A DNA stretch of 64,000 bases from an uncultured Dehalococcoidales bacterium (GCA_964408935.1 CAYPBF010000001.1:100283-164282); one strand, 5' to 3'; positions 29,352-40,224 are shown, counted from the stretch's first letter. The notes: generated by a model from the sequence alone, not told the origin. Numbers and translations are program-made.

Positions 29352-30290
29352 CTAGAAGTTGACCTTGTCCTTCCCCTTAAGCTTGAGCATTTTCCTCACG
29401 TCATCCGGAGTGGCTATCTCTCTCCCCATCCCCCCGGCCATTCGGACTACTTTTTCCACCAGCTCGACGTTGCTCTTGGCCAGAACCCCTCTCTTCACGA
29501 AGATGTTGTCTTCCAGGCCAACCCTGACATGACCGCCCAGCATAATAGCCAGCGGCGCTGTGTTAATGTAACCCAGGCCGGCGCCTATGATTGACCATCG
29601 GTAATTCTCGTCGCCGAGCAACCTATCTGCTGTCTGCTTCATGATCATCACGTCCTCAGGCGCCGAACCAATTGAGCCGACAACACCGGTGACGAACTGC
29701 AGCCAGATGGGAGGCTTTATCATTCCCTGCCTGACATAGTGGTAGATATTGTAGATGTGACTAACATCGTAGCACTCACACTCATTCCTGGTATCGTTCT
29801 CCTGCATGGTCTTTAAAAATATTTCTAGAGAGACAAAAGTATTATGCTGGATAAAGCCCTCCAGCTTATGCAGGTAGTCCTTCTCCCAAGGGTACTGGTA
29901 GTCTTCGTCTTTGTATCTCTGGTAAACACCGCGGAGGCTTAAGCATATCGGCCCCATATTGAAAGAGGCAAGCTCGGGTTTGAAGGTGGGAACAACCTCT
30001 ATCCTTTCTTCTGGGGTCATGCCGACAGCGCCGCCCGTGGTCAGGCCGATGACCACATTGCTGTGCTGCTTTATTTTGGTGATAATCTCCCGGAACAGCG
30101 CCGGGTCTGAGGTGGGCCGGCCGTCTTTAGGGTCACGGGCGTGAATATGCACCACCGCCGCCCCGGCCTCAGCCGCTTTGACCGACTCATCGGCAATCTG
30201 GTCCGGGGTTATCGGTAAATAAGGGGTTTGAGTGGGCACGGTCAGACTGCCCGTAGGAGCGCAGGTTATTATCAATTTCTCCATTGTCAT
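29352..30290 (-). CDS. beta-keto acid cleavage enzyme (BKACE/DUF849; 3-keto-5-aminohexanoate cleavage enzyme family)
   Basis: 312 aa with LIITCAPTGS...TP.LPITPDQIA....A.EAGAAVVHIHARDP.DG.PT and a GHVRVGLEDN motif. Confidence 0.85.
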   Translation of the reverse strand: MTMEKLIITCAPTGSLTVPTQTPYLPITPDQIADESVKAAEAGAAVVHIHARDPKDGRPTSDPALFREIITKIKQHSNVVIGLTTGGAVGMTPEERIEVVPTFKPELASFNMGPICLSLRGVYQRYKDEDYQYPWEKDYLHKLEGFIQHNTFVSLEIFLKTMQENDTRNECECYDVSHIYNIYHYVRQGMIKPPIWLQFVTGVVGSIGSAPEDVMIMKQTADRLLGDENYRWSIIGAGLGYINTAPLAIMLGGHVRVGLEDNIFVKRGVLAKSNVELVEKVVRMAGGMGREIATPDDVRKMLKLKGKDKVNF

Positions 30291-30352
30291 CTCCCTAAAG
30301 CTTTATTTCTCCTTAGCGCATTTTCTACAAACTTCAGCTCTTCCCCCCGCGT

Positions 30353-31480
30353 CTAGCTTTCCACCCTGGTATTCCGTAGATTCAAGCCCTGCTCTTTCCA
30401 GAAGGCCAGCAACCGCTCGGCATCCAAGAAAGCCTCCGGGCAAAGTACGCCCTTCTCCTTGACCTCCACACGGTAAAGCATCTCGGCAGCAAAGGCGCAA
30501 TTGTGGCCGGTCATACCACTGGGCAGCCCGGTTATATGGTGGGTATAGGTGACGTCTCTGCTGCCTTCCTTACCCTTGATAATGAAATACCTGTTGGCTG
30601 TGGTGAAGCGTTTCTTCTCCTTCTTCAGGAGGGCTGAGTTGTTTAGCCCTTCGACGATAAAGTCCCTGGGTACTATTGAGCTAGTGCTCGGTTCTACTAG
30701 TCCAGAGTTGGCGAGGCCAAGCTCAATACATTTTATGAACCACTCATTAATCCAGGTGGGCAAATTACAGAGCTTGAAGACCACTGTCTTTACCCCTTTT
30801 ATGTACCGGGGCAGTGTCACCGGCTCCGGGTGGCCGAAATAGAAGGCCTGCTGTTTACCGATCGGCTCACCAAAGTCTATCTCCTCCCTGCCCCAATCAT
30901 TTGGTGTCTGCAGCCGGCCATCAATAAACTGGAGGTTGGAATCCATTAAACAATGGAAAATATGGTAGAGGACGGCACGGCCGAAGCCACCCCCCAGGCC
31001 GACACCCACCAGTATTTGGATTTCAGCCACTTCATCAAGCTTATCGGCACTATGCTTGATTAGGGCATTGCTGAATCCGGGGCTGTTGCCACACCCCAGG
31101 CAGATGGCTACCCCTGCCTTTTTGGCCGCATCATCAAGGGTGAATGCCTCTTGAATGACGTCGGCATCATCACAGATATCAACATAGTCAGTGCCGGCCG
31201 CTATAGCCGCCTTCATGGGGCTGATGCCGTATCTATAAAAGGGGCCGACACAGTTGATTACCAGATCCTTGCCCTTCATCAGCCCGACCATGGCTTTATA
31301 ATCAGTGACATCTATTTCTTCTGCCTTTAGCTTCTGGTCCTGGCATAAGGAGGCTTCCAACTTTTCCCTGTCTATCACCCTGTCAGCCAGTATGACTTGG
31401 CTGATCTCGGGCTTAGCGATCAAATCACCAGCAATGACGACACCGGACATGCCGAAACCACCGAGGATTAATATCTTCAC
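30353..31480 (-). CDS. saccharopine-dehydrogenase-like NAD(P)-binding oxidoreductase
   Basis: 375 aa with an N-terminal MKILILGGFGMSG Rossmann motif and the overall Sacchrp_dh pattern. The start overlaps the upstream VOC stop. Confidence 0.65.
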   Translation of the reverse strand: MKILILGGFGMSGVVIAGDLIAKPEISQVILADRVIDREKLEASLCQDQKLKAEEIDVTDYKAMVGLMKGKDLVINCVGPFYRYGISPMKAAIAAGTDYVDICDDADVIQEAFTLDDAAKKAGVAICLGCGNSPGFSNALIKHSADKLDEVAEIQILVGVGLGGGFGRAVLYHIFHCLMDSNLQFIDGRLQTPNDWGREEIDFGEPIGKQQAFYFGHPEPVTLPRYIKGVKTVVFKLCNLPTWINEWFIKCIELGLANSGLVEPSTSSIVPRDFIVEGLNNSALLKKEKKRFTTANRYFIIKGKEGSRDVTYTHHITGLPSGMTGHNCAFAAEMLYRVEVKEKGVLCPEAFLDAERLLAFWKEQGLNLRNTRVES

Positions 31481-31917
31481 TCTTTTCCTTCCTCTAAAAG
31501 CTCAATCAAGACCTTATTGCCCAGTAGAAAAAAGATAATTTTGGAGGGCTGAGTGCTTCCCGGTCTGAAGCTTCTGTCATAGCCCGCGCATTCCACCGGT
31601 GGAGACACCAACTTAAAGTCTCTCTCCACCAGCTCATCCACCACGCTATCAATATCGTCAACCTCGAAGCACAGGTGGTGCAGCCCACCCCCCTTTCTTT
31701 CCAGAAATTTTGTTACGGGAGAGTCATCGGAAAGGGGTTCCAACAACTCAATGTATGTCTCCTCCCCTTCATTCGAAGCGATAAAGCTGGCCCTGACCTT
31801 TTGGATGGGGTCCGACTCAGGCTGCGTCGCCTGCTTAAGACCCAGGCTACGAAATACCTCGACCAGCTCTGAAAGGTGCGGGACAACCAATCCAATATGG
31901 TGCAACCTAAGCTTCAT
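31477..31917 (-). CDS. VOC/glyoxalase-fold protein, methylmalonyl-CoA-epimerase-like
   Basis: 146 aa with HHIGLVV...YIELLEP...GGGLHHLCFEVDDI, the metal-ligand pattern of MCE-type epimerases. Confidence 0.65.
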   Translation of the reverse strand: MKLRLHHIGLVVPHLSELVEVFRSLGLKQATQPESDPIQKVRASFIASNEGEETYIELLEPLSDDSPVTKFLERKGGGLHHLCFEVDDIDSVVDELVERDFKLVSPPVECAGYDRSFRPGSTQPSKIIFFLLGNKVLIELLEEGKE

Positions 31918-32402
31918 GTGTTCACCCAGGACCTCCAGACTACCTCAAAGATAATCCCCCCCACCCTTCGGGTGTCGAAATAGCAGGCCTTCAAATCTCC
32001 CTTATTGGCTTCTACATACATTTCCGCTCTGGTTAGGGGGGCAAAACCGGCTTTTACGAATCTGTTGAAAGTCTCTTCATAATCGGAGACCGGAAAGCCG
32101 ATATGCTGCAAACCCTCGCCCCGAGTTTCCAAGAACTCCTTATGCAGCGACTCTCCCTCAAGCGGCTGGATTAACTCCAACACGATATCGCCCCACACGG
32201 CCTTGCCCTGCTTTAGCCTGAAAGAAGAAGGCCTCTCTCTAAACCATTGCTTTTCGGGCTTGAATTCGTACACGTCAAAGGGCCCCAGCCCGAATACGGA
32301 TGAATAGTAGTCCATTGCCTTTTCCAGATCCCTAACCACTACACCTATATGTTCTATAGGAGGCAGGGAAAACTTTTCTCTAAGCGCTTTGGTATCGTTC
32401 AC
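31914..32402 (-). CDS. VOC/glyoxalase-fold protein
   Basis: 162 aa with IEHIGVVVRDLEKA...LELIQP...GLQHIGF. Confidence 0.6.
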   Translation of the reverse strand: MNDTKALREKFSLPPIEHIGVVVRDLEKAMDYYSSVFGLGPFDVYEFKPEKQWFRERPSSFRLKQGKAVWGDIVLELIQPLEGESLHKEFLETRGEGLQHIGFPVSDYEETFNRFVKAGFAPLTRAEMYVEANKGDLKACYFDTRRVGGIIFEVVWRSWVNT

Positions 32403-32419
32403 TTCTTCTTTCTCTTTCC

Positions 32420-33733
32420 CTATAGCCTTTTTATAGTACGGTCAACGCAATCCAGCACCTTATCCACATCCGCCTTGGTAACGGCGCTGCAGACGTACCA
32501 CCGGCCACCCCACATAATTAGCACCCCCTCCTCAGCCAATAGGACACGGAGTTTGTTCTGCTTTTCTACATCCGCCTCCTTCAAATCTCTGGCGCTGTAG
32601 GCGGCTTCCCTGTCTATGAACTGGAAGTAGAATACTCCCCTTGGTCCTTGGATGAGTGTTGGTATGCCGTGCCTCCGACTGATCTCCTGCAGACCATTCA
32701 TCAGCGGCTTTTGGAGCTCGTCGATTTTCCGATAGTAGGCACTATTATCTTTTTCGAGGATGGTCAGACTGGCCAGAGAGGCAGCGATACCGAAGGGGTA
32801 CCCGTTAAAAGTCCCCGCCCCGATAACCCTCCTCTCGAGAAGCATGTCCATGATTTCCTTCTTTCCGGCAACGGCCCCCATGGCCACACCGCCGGCCAAG
32901 GCTTTACCGAAGGTGGTGATATCGGGCGTTACATCGAACAACCCCTGGGCGCAATTAAGCGCTACCCTGAAACCGGTAATAACCTCGTCAAAACAGAGCA
33001 TAATGCCGTACTTGGTGCATAATTCCCTGACCTTCTCCAGGTAGCCGGGCCGGGGTGAGCAACAACCGCTATTGCAAAGTATAGGCTCCATGATAACTAG
33101 GGCCACCTCTTCTCCATATCTCTCCAAGACCCTTTCTAGGGTTTCTATGTCGTTCCAGGGCAACTTGAAAGATTGCTTGAAGGCTTTGGGATACCTGCCT
33201 TCGGTGCCCAAAGGGTCGGCCTCGCTTTCCACGGCAAAGGGCATGCCGGTGGAATTGTCATTGACCACTCCGCCTAGGACATTATCCAGCCATCCGTGGT
33301 AATGCCCTTCAAAACGGATAAAATAGCGCCGTTTGGTATAGGCGCGGGCAAGCCTAATAGCCAGCTGGACTGCCTCGGTTCCCGAGAGGCAGAAGCGTAC
33401 CTTCTCGGCGCAGGGGACATATTTTACAAACTTCTCCGCCAGCTCCACTTCCATCGGGGTCTGGGCGGCCCCGGAGACTAGGTAGTAAAGAGTGTCCAGT
33501 TGCTGCTTCAAAGCTTTGATGTATTCCCTGTTGCTATAGCCGAAAATGCCTGGGCCAGCTCCGCACATGAAATCAATATATTCATTGCCGTCGACGTCCC
33601 AGAGATGGGCTCCTTCGCCTCTGATAATGAAATTGGGTTTGGCGCTTAACGGACTCCTGAGGTTGCTCTGTGGCCCGGGCATAACCTTTAATGCTCGTTC
33701 CTGCCACTTCATATTTTCCGCATTATTTAGCAT
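32420..33733 (-). CDS. class-III (omega/beta) aminotransferase, GSA-aminomutase-like
   Basis: 437 aa with CLSGTEAV, FDEVITGFR and TFGKALAGG (PLP-lysine) motifs. Confidence 0.85.
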   Translation of the reverse strand: MLNNAENMKWQERALKVMPGPQSNLRSPLSAKPNFIIRGEGAHLWDVDGNEYIDFMCGAGPGIFGYSNREYIKALKQQLDTLYYLVSGAAQTPMEVELAEKFVKYVPCAEKVRFCLSGTEAVQLAIRLARAYTKRRYFIRFEGHYHGWLDNVLGGVVNDNSTGMPFAVESEADPLGTEGRYPKAFKQSFKLPWNDIETLERVLERYGEEVALVIMEPILCNSGCCSPRPGYLEKVRELCTKYGIMLCFDEVITGFRVALNCAQGLFDVTPDITTFGKALAGGVAMGAVAGKKEIMDMLLERRVIGAGTFNGYPFGIAASLASLTILEKDNSAYYRKIDELQKPLMNGLQEISRRHGIPTLIQGPRGVFYFQFIDREAAYSARDLKEADVEKQNKLRVLLAEEGVLIMWGGRWYVCSAVTKADVDKVLDCVDRTIKRL

Positions 33734-33790
33734 ATTGGGCGCCTTTTGCTTTATTCAGCTAACCTTTAAATCCCACCAGCACTTACTGTT

Positions 33791-34804
33791 TTATCCGAGC
33801 TGCATCTTCCTGAGGTTATCGGGGTAAAGCGCTTTGAGAATTCTGAGCATTTTAGCATCCCTGTCCCCGACCGCTTCTTCGTGTGTACTGTCCTTGGTAT
33901 AGCTATAATAGCCCCTGCCCTCAATACTAATCCTGTAATCTACCATCATCTCTTTTATCACCTGTCGAACCCTGCCCGGTCCCCATTCCTTTTCAAACAC
34001 TTCTGTGCTAGCCAGACGCTGCTCTTCGCTTTGATTACTGACTTGATCGGCATAAGCCATCATAAACCGCTCAAAAAGTCCCTGCACCGGTAGACGGAAA
34101 CCAAAAGTAGTGCGCATCACCGTGTCGATATCTTCGGCGTTGGAAACGCCTTCTTCACAGAGCGATGCGGCTTCATTGAGAACGGCAAACATTAGCCGCC
34201 CACCAATGATGGCATCTTTTTCCTTGCCAATCTTAATAGGGATCTTACCTATTTGTTCTAAAAAGGCACAGGTTCGCGCTACAGTCTCCTCCGAAGTCTC
34301 CAGACTGGGCACTACTTCCACTCCAGGCACGATGCAGGGCGGGTTGAACCAGTGTGCCACAATAATAGCATCCTTCCGTTCGCATAATACTCCAACCTGA
34401 GAAGCTGGTAGAGGGCCACTGTTGCCCGCCAGTATAGTGCCCTTTTGGCTCATAGACTCCATATCTTTATAGAGCTTCTGTTTCAGCGGCAGGTTATCTG
34501 TGATGGCCTCAAAAACAATCTGAACATCGCTCGCAGCAATCGCCAAGTCTGTGGTGGTCCTGATTCGGGCTAACACCTCTCGTTTTGTCTGTTCTGTGGC
34601 TAAGCCTTCACTGATGAAAGTATCCATATGGGAAGCGTTGAGCGATGTTGCCTTCTCCAAGACGGCTTCCCCTATGTCCTGAAGGATAACGTCATAGCCA
34701 CCGAGAGCGCATGCCAAGGCAATGCCCCGTCCCATACTTCCCCCACCAACTACCGCTACCTTCTTTACCTCTTTTAGCCAGACTTCAGCATCATTGACCG
34801 CCAT
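33791..34804 (-). CDS. 3-hydroxyacyl-CoA dehydrogenase family oxidoreductase (also the fold of L-carnitine dehydrogenase)
   Basis: 337 aa with VAVVGGGSMGRGIA (NAD-binding), the NSGPL and HWFNPP motifs, and a 3HCDH C-domain. Confidence 0.8.
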   Translation of the reverse strand: MAVNDAEVWLKEVKKVAVVGGGSMGRGIALACALGGYDVILQDIGEAVLEKATSLNASHMDTFISEGLATEQTKREVLARIRTTTDLAIAASDVQIVFEAITDNLPLKQKLYKDMESMSQKGTILAGNSGPLPASQVGVLCERKDAIIVAHWFNPPCIVPGVEVVPSLETSEETVARTCAFLEQIGKIPIKIGKEKDAIIGGRLMFAVLNEAASLCEEGVSNAEDIDTVMRTTFGFRLPVQGLFERFMMAYADQVSNQSEEQRLASTEVFEKEWGPGRVRQVIKEMMVDYRISIEGRGYYSYTKDSTHEEAVGDRDAKMLRILKALYPDNLRKMQLG

Positions 34805-34918
34805 ATTAATCTCCTTGAAGAGAATTTATGGGTTTAGTTAGTAGCATATCCTTTTGTACCCTCTCCTTCTGAATAAAGAGGAGGTGATTAAAGGAGTAAG
34901 ACCCTAAACCGCCCACTT

Positions 34919-36136
34919 TTATTTCGGGATAGTCTCCCATTCAGCACGCGCCTCCCTCAGGAGTTCGGGGCGTACTAACAAGTCAATTGTCGTCATTGCC
35001 ATCGCCTTCGCTGAGTCTACCATTGCCTGATGACCTTTCTCACTTAAGGTTACTTTAGTCGCCGCTGGCGTATGAAGGGTGACATCAACAGGAGCGATTG
35101 ACACTAGAGGCTGGATGGCTGGTGTGATCATACTAACGTTACCCATATCCGTACCAACCATTAGTTGATCGGGCAGCTGCGGAACTGGGTCCCAATTCTT
35201 GCGCACTGACTTCATATTGGTATCGAAGAGTTCGGCTATAACCCGGTTGCTGCGTTGTGCTCGGTATCTGTTCTCCCAATCATAATGGTATTCAAGGCTG
35301 GCACCAGTGGCCAAAGCTCCAGCCTTGAAACAGTTGAGCACTTTTTCTAGCCGATTCCTTAAATCCTCATCATCTGTAGCACGGATATGGCAATTAGCGG
35401 CGGTGTGATCAGGGATGACAGTGTGTTGCTCAACACCGCCTTTTATAATACTGCCGTCTATTGCCGGGTATGGGGTGGCAATGCGCAGAGTGTTGAAAGC
35501 GGTAAAAGCGATCAACATTGCGTCCTGTGCATTAATACCTTTTCCCGGCTGAGCGGGGTGAGCCGCCTTACCGAGGTATTCGATCTTAAGAAGAATAAAG
35601 GCAACACTATCAGAACATGCTTGGTCCTGGCCTGTGTTGGGGTGTATCATCATGGCAGCATCAATATCTTTGAAAGCACCGCGTTTTATCATTATCCCCT
35701 TGCCATTACCCCCCTCTTCCGCTGGGGTTCCCAGGACAACCACCGTTCCACCAAGTTCATTTATTACCGATGTTAGGGCGACCCCGGCACCAACTGCTGC
35801 TGATCCTATAAGGTTGTGTCCACAGGCGTGGCCCAAATCAGCCACCGCGTCATACTCTGCGAGAATGGCTATCTTCGAGCCCGCGTTGCCGATGGTACCT
35901 CTAAAGGCACTATCAAGACCATAGGCCGGGTACGTGATAGTAAATCCATTCTTCTTCAAGTAGTCCGTGAGCAATTTGGAAGCCCGAAACTCTTTAAAGC
36001 AGAGTTCAGGATTATCGTGAATTTCCACGCTGATTTCTATCAGTTTTTCTCTCTGCGAATCAACGTTAGCGATTACAGTGTCTTTTAGACTTTGTATCTT
36101 GGTTGCGATACTTTCCCTAGTCATTTGTCTCTTCAT
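34919..36136 (-). CDS. M20-family amidohydrolase (M20D/AbgB-like N-acyl-amino-acid deacylase)
   Basis: 405 aa with ALAEYDA...GHACGHNL and TPAEEGG motifs. Confidence 0.8.
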   Translation of the reverse strand: MKRQMTRESIATKIQSLKDTVIANVDSQREKLIEISVEIHDNPELCFKEFRASKLLTDYLKKNGFTITYPAYGLDSAFRGTIGNAGSKIAILAEYDAVADLGHACGHNLIGSAAVGAGVALTSVINELGGTVVVLGTPAEEGGNGKGIMIKRGAFKDIDAAMMIHPNTGQDQACSDSVAFILLKIEYLGKAAHPAQPGKGINAQDAMLIAFTAFNTLRIATPYPAIDGSIIKGGVEQHTVIPDHTAANCHIRATDDEDLRNRLEKVLNCFKAGALATGASLEYHYDWENRYRAQRSNRVIAELFDTNMKSVRKNWDPVPQLPDQLMVGTDMGNVSMITPAIQPLVSIAPVDVTLHTPAATKVTLSEKGHQAMVDSAKAMAMTTIDLLVRPELLREARAEWETIPK

Positions 36137-36250
36137 TTAATAATCTATATTCAGTTGATAGTGACGCCCTTTTACCAGATGGTATGGTCTGGAGATATCG
36201 CCTTCACATCAAGTAGTAATTCCCTCCTCCTGCGTTCACCAAAGCCACTA

Positions 36251-37213
36251 CTATTTTCCAGGGTGGGGCAAACTAATACCTCGTAATTTGATTATCTTGG
36301 TGTACGAGAAGGATTCTACAGAGGCAATGCCTCTTATTTCGGGGAGCTCCAAATTGACGAAATGATTTGCTGAATCTGCGTTTTCAAAGCGAGCCATCAC
36401 TATTAGATTGTATCTGCCTAACGCCTCTGCGGTGAAGAAGACAGACGGTTTTTTTACTATTATGTCCGCGACTTCCTGAGTGGACTGCCGCTTTACCACG
36501 ATTCCGAGAAAGACCACGCGACCATCTCCCAGTGTTTCAAGATTGGGTACTGTTTCCAGATTGAATAGCCTTCTTTTATACATATTATTGATACGTTTAC
36601 GTATCGTACGTTCTCCTATGCCAAGCCTTGCTTTTAAGCTAGCCGTACTGGCGAGCCCATCCTCAGTTAGGATATTAAGTATTGCCCTGTCTGTCTCGTC
36701 AATTTGGTAGCTGTTTTCGTCATCGGCATCTGAATACTGCACCCATTCGTTGTCTATCCTCTTGAAAGAAGGAGCCGGCCACGAAAAATGGTAGTACTTT
36801 CTAACGCAAGTAAACACTAACTTTTCTGTCGCTATAATTCCTTCGATCCCCATCAACTCTGAATTTATAAAGAATCCCAACCTAGCCAAAGAATCAATAA
36901 GTACCCCTACCCAAATATCATATGGGCCCATGGAATGGGCAATGGTATACGCCGGAGCATATTTCAAGAGTTCAGAGGTAACCGTATCCAAGTAGCCAGA
37001 CTCCACTTTTATGCCAATGTGGGCCCATGTTCTATACCCTAGTAATATGGGGTTGGGCATGGCAACCACGTTGATAATGCCCGCAGCTCTCATTCTGTTT
37101 GTTCGTCGGCGTATGGCTTCTGCTCCGATACCGAGGCTGGAAGCTAGGACAGCCGGTTTCTGATACCCTTGGACTTCCAATTCGCGCAGTATTTTGTTGT
37201 CTATCTGGTCCAT
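36251..37213 (-). CDS. tandem Lrp/AsnC-family protein (two HTH+RAM units)
   Basis: 320 aa. Two repeats of the D..ILR/NIL....LA..LGIG...IRRR/KRI motif are each followed by an AsnC-type ligand domain. Confidence 0.65.
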   Translation of the reverse strand: MDQIDNKILRELEVQGYQKPAVLASSLGIGAEAIRRRTNRMRAAGIINVVAMPNPILLGYRTWAHIGIKVESGYLDTVTSELLKYAPAYTIAHSMGPYDIWVGVLIDSLARLGFFINSELMGIEGIIATEKLVFTCVRKYYHFSWPAPSFKRIDNEWVQYSDADDENSYQIDETDRAILNILTEDGLASTASLKARLGIGERTIRKRINNMYKRRLFNLETVPNLETLGDGRVVFLGIVVKRQSTQEVADIIVKKPSVFFTAEALGRYNLIVMARFENADSANHFVNLELPEIRGIASVESFSYTKIIKLRGISLPHPGK

Positions 37214-37293
37214 ATTGTTCTTCCTTTGCCCAAATTATCTACCCGACGAATAGGCATCGGTTTCCTCCCACACTATGGGATACCCAGCTTTCA

Positions 37294-38547
37294 TCACAGG
37301 TACACCCCATACTTTTTGGTAAAGTCTGTCATCGCTTTGATATTCTCAGGCTTTGCTTCATCAATTATCGCCCCGGCATCCATGATAAAGCCTCCGTCCC
37401 TGCCAACGACATCTATAAGCTTCTTACAGTAATCTTTAACCTCTTGAGGCGTACCTGTAACTAAGAGCGAGTTTGGCACATTTCCTTTGATGCAGGCAAT
37501 CTTGCCCAGGATTTCCTTCGCTTCATGCATGTCTACAGCCTCAAAGTGATATATAACCTTTCCCTTAGGTATATCACTAATTACCTCCAGGCGTCCCGAA
37601 CCCCATTTACCCTCAAGTAGCAAATAAGGTGTGAGTCCCTGGTCAATTAATGCCAGCATGACCTTTCTTAGTCCTGGCCAGTAAAAGGTCTTAAACTGCT
37701 CCGGTGACATGAAAGACTCAGGGCACTTGTGGAGAGGAATGATTACTCTGGGATTTCCAGATGTTTTGGCGGCAGATACCGCCATCTGAATCATCCACGG
37801 TGTTACTTTATCAATAGCTTCGAGAAGCTTATCCGGTCTTCTATACATGTCCGTCATTATCCCACGTGTCCCCCTGAGGAAATCCCCGACGGTGTCATAA
37901 GGTGCCTGCGTCCCCGAGTCAAACATGGACGGAAATCCTAATTCGGTCATTTCCTTGTGAAATGGACCAACGGTGGCCATCCATCTGGAACATTCGCGCG
38001 CCGCTTTCAGAAGGGACTCGATAGCACCGGTAACTTCCGGTGTGCCCATCGCGCCAAGGCTGGGGTATAATCCCATATAATAGGCAAACGTCTGGTGTAT
38101 GGGAGGAAGCTTTTTTAAAGGCTCTAATATTCCAAATATGCGAGGAAAGTAGGTTCTTATCATAAAATCGGAAGGGTCTTCGAGGAAGGCATCGTATTCC
38201 TCGGCCTTCATGTATTCCTCTTCAACGAACTGGAATGAATAGTTGGGGTTAACTCCATGCCCAGGCCACCTGAGTTGCTTATAGTCAAGGAGCTCAAAGG
38301 TGGGACCTGTATTAGTATAACGCAGCGGCGTAATCATGTCCCACTGGAAGTCTAAGTATGTTTTCTTCCATGCCATATAGGCTTTGTCGTAATCATACAT
38401 TGCCTCTTTGAGGGTCATCCCAGCATATTTGGCGGGGAAAAAACCCACAAATGGCGCAATAGGAATCCTGTCTGGCACCTTCAACTGGACAGCATCACTG
38501 ATCCTCTTTTCCCTTTCTTGGTATAGTTCTTCAGGTGCTTTCTCCAT
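37294..38547 (-). CDS. uroporphyrinogen-decarboxylase-fold (URO-D/MtaA-superfamily) methyltransferase-like protein
   Basis: 417 aa with N-terminal ERISDAVQLKVPDRIPIAP and an overall URO-D TIM-barrel pattern. No H-x-C zinc motif was seen. Confidence 0.65.
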   Translation of the reverse strand: MEKAPEELYQEREKRISDAVQLKVPDRIPIAPFVGFFPAKYAGMTLKEAMYDYDKAYMAWKKTYLDFQWDMITPLRYTNTGPTFELLDYKQLRWPGHGVNPNYSFQFVEEEYMKAEEYDAFLEDPSDFMIRTYFPRIFGILEPLKKLPPIHQTFAYYMGLYPSLGAMGTPEVTGAIESLLKAARECSRWMATVGPFHKEMTELGFPSMFDSGTQAPYDTVGDFLRGTRGIMTDMYRRPDKLLEAIDKVTPWMIQMAVSAAKTSGNPRVIIPLHKCPESFMSPEQFKTFYWPGLRKVMLALIDQGLTPYLLLEGKWGSGRLEVISDIPKGKVIYHFEAVDMHEAKEILGKIACIKGNVPNSLLVTGTPQEVKDYCKKLIDVVGRDGGFIMDAGAIIDEAKPENIKAMTDFTKKYGVYL

Positions 38548-38932
38548 TTTTTAGTTACCTATTACCTATCCTTTGACTAGTGTTACTGCCGCCATAGCGT
38601 CCTTGCTCCAATTGAAAAACGCTGTCGGTACGAACACACCTAAGGCAATAGCAACATCTCAAGACAGTTTAGCAGAAATGTACAGTATTGTCAATATACC
38701 TCTTGACAAGAGGAAATTGGTGTGCTATTTTACTGTTTATAGTACTATTATTGTACCAATATGTTTAATCTAGTGGAATATAGTCATATACTTAGCTGCC
38801 GTATTGTGTGTTACGTCACGGTCATCAGGTCAAGATTGCATTTACCAAAGGTGCAAAGGGGAGGGATGAACATGAACGAATTTTAGGAAAGATGGTTAAA
38901 TAAACATCAACAAATTTCAGTAAGGAGGAAAG

Positions 38933-40123
38933 ATGAAAACGAGAACGTTTACCATAGTGTTTGCGATTTTGAGTATAATAGTAATCATGTCCACTTTTAG
39001 CATGCTGGGTTGCGGTGGTGAGCCCGAAGCCGTTGTTGAAGAATGGAACATCCCCTTACTAGTCCCTGTAACCGGTTATGCGGCACCATTTGGCCTTGAT
39101 GCCGAATGGGGAGCTGAAAGGGCAATGGAGGAGATAAATAATGCTGGCGGCATCAGGGGATTGCCGCTTAAGTTGACCTTGTATGATTCAGCCTTCGATC
39201 CCTCCAAAACAGTCCAAGTTATGGCCCAAGCACTTGAGGATAACCCATTAGTAATCCTCGGGCCAATGGGTGCCATCGAGACGCAATCGTGCCAAGACCT
39301 GGTCATTGGCCAGGGCATTCCTATATTCACCGACCTCTCCTTTCCGGCAATGCGCGATGAATTTTCACCTTGGGGCTTCTCTCTTTACGCAGATTGGGAC
39401 GCGGCAAATACCCTGGCTATAAGGGAATGGCTCAGGCTTAATCCAGACATCCAATCTGTGGTCTTAGTCCTTGTTGCAGGAGAAACATCCCATCTCCAAA
39501 GCATTGCCGTCGCAGAGAGAGAACTTGCAGCCCTGGGTATAGAAGTGAAAGGCAGGGTCGAGGTTTCTTGGGGTGGTCTAGACGCAGGAGCCGCGGCAGT
39601 AAAGGCTTTGGACCTAAACGCTGACGGATACTACAGTGCTCTTAACCAAGTTGAACAAGCTATGTTTATTAAAGCTCTGTACGAGCGAGGTATGACTGAA
39701 GGAAGGCGGATAGTCTCTGGTGGTGCCTGTATCTCAGTGACATTCTTTGAGATAGGTGCAGGATACTCAGAGGATACATATGTTTGGAATTCCTACGATA
39801 TGGATTACCAGGGTGATATTTGGCAGACTTATGTTGAAGCCTATAAGGCTGACCATGACGGTGGATTGCCATACTCCATAGCTATTGGCGATTACTATGA
39901 GGCTGTCTATGCCATAAAAACGGCCATTGAAAATCTAGGGATAACCGGTGACCCGGACAAGCTTGCCGAGGAAAGATTGGCGATAAAAGACTATCTCCGA
40001 GATTCAGATGGTATTCCTGGTCTCCAGGGTGAGTGGGGCTATACGGATGGCCTAAAAGATTCCCCACTATACATGTTCCAAATAAAGGACAACGAAGCGG
40101 AGTTGATTAGCCAGTTTCGCTAA
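38933..40123 (+). CDS. ABC transporter substrate-binding lipoprotein (LivK/type-1 PBP family)
   Basis: 396 aa behind AAGGAGG, with a signal peptide and lipobox (MLGCGG). The INNAGGIRGLPLKL motif is typical of branched-chain amino acid/amide binders. Confidence 0.8.
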   Translation: MKTRTFTIVFAILSIIVIMSTFSMLGCGGEPEAVVEEWNIPLLVPVTGYAAPFGLDAEWGAERAMEEINNAGGIRGLPLKLTLYDSAFDPSKTVQVMAQALEDNPLVILGPMGAIETQSCQDLVIGQGIPIFTDLSFPAMRDEFSPWGFSLYADWDAANTLAIREWLRLNPDIQSVVLVLVAGETSHLQSIAVAERELAALGIEVKGRVEVSWGGLDAGAAAVKALDLNADGYYSALNQVEQAMFIKALYERGMTEGRRIVSGGACISVTFFEIGAGYSEDTYVWNSYDMDYQGDIWQTYVEAYKADHDGGLPYSIAIGDYYEAVYAIKTAIENLGITGDPDKLAEERLAIKDYLRDSDGIPGLQGEWGYTDGLKDSPLYMFQIKDNEAELISQFR

Positions 40124-40224
40124 AGAACCAGAAGTTGGGATTGAAAGAATGCTATGTGAGGGGCACTGGCACTAAACACTCTCTCGTCAGTGCCAGTGCC
40201 CCGGTTAGAGGGAGGGAATTCAAC

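Noticed and set aside
38548-38932. Cobalamin riboswitch upstream of the corrinoid-protein operon
   Set aside because: I looked for a B12-box-like core and the usual GC-rich paired regions and found none. The region is AT-rich with only weak promoter-like hexamers (TTGACA-17 nt-TATTTT).
40135-40224. Longer N-terminus for the corrinoid protein (track start 40135)
   Set aside because: The extension overlaps the end region of the binding-protein gene and has no RBS. The ATG at 40225 follows GAGGGAGGGA and begins the canonical cap-domain sequence. Similar trimming was applied to the ORFs starting at 16518, 43595, 47254, 49911, 62424, 10283, 9061 and 7744.
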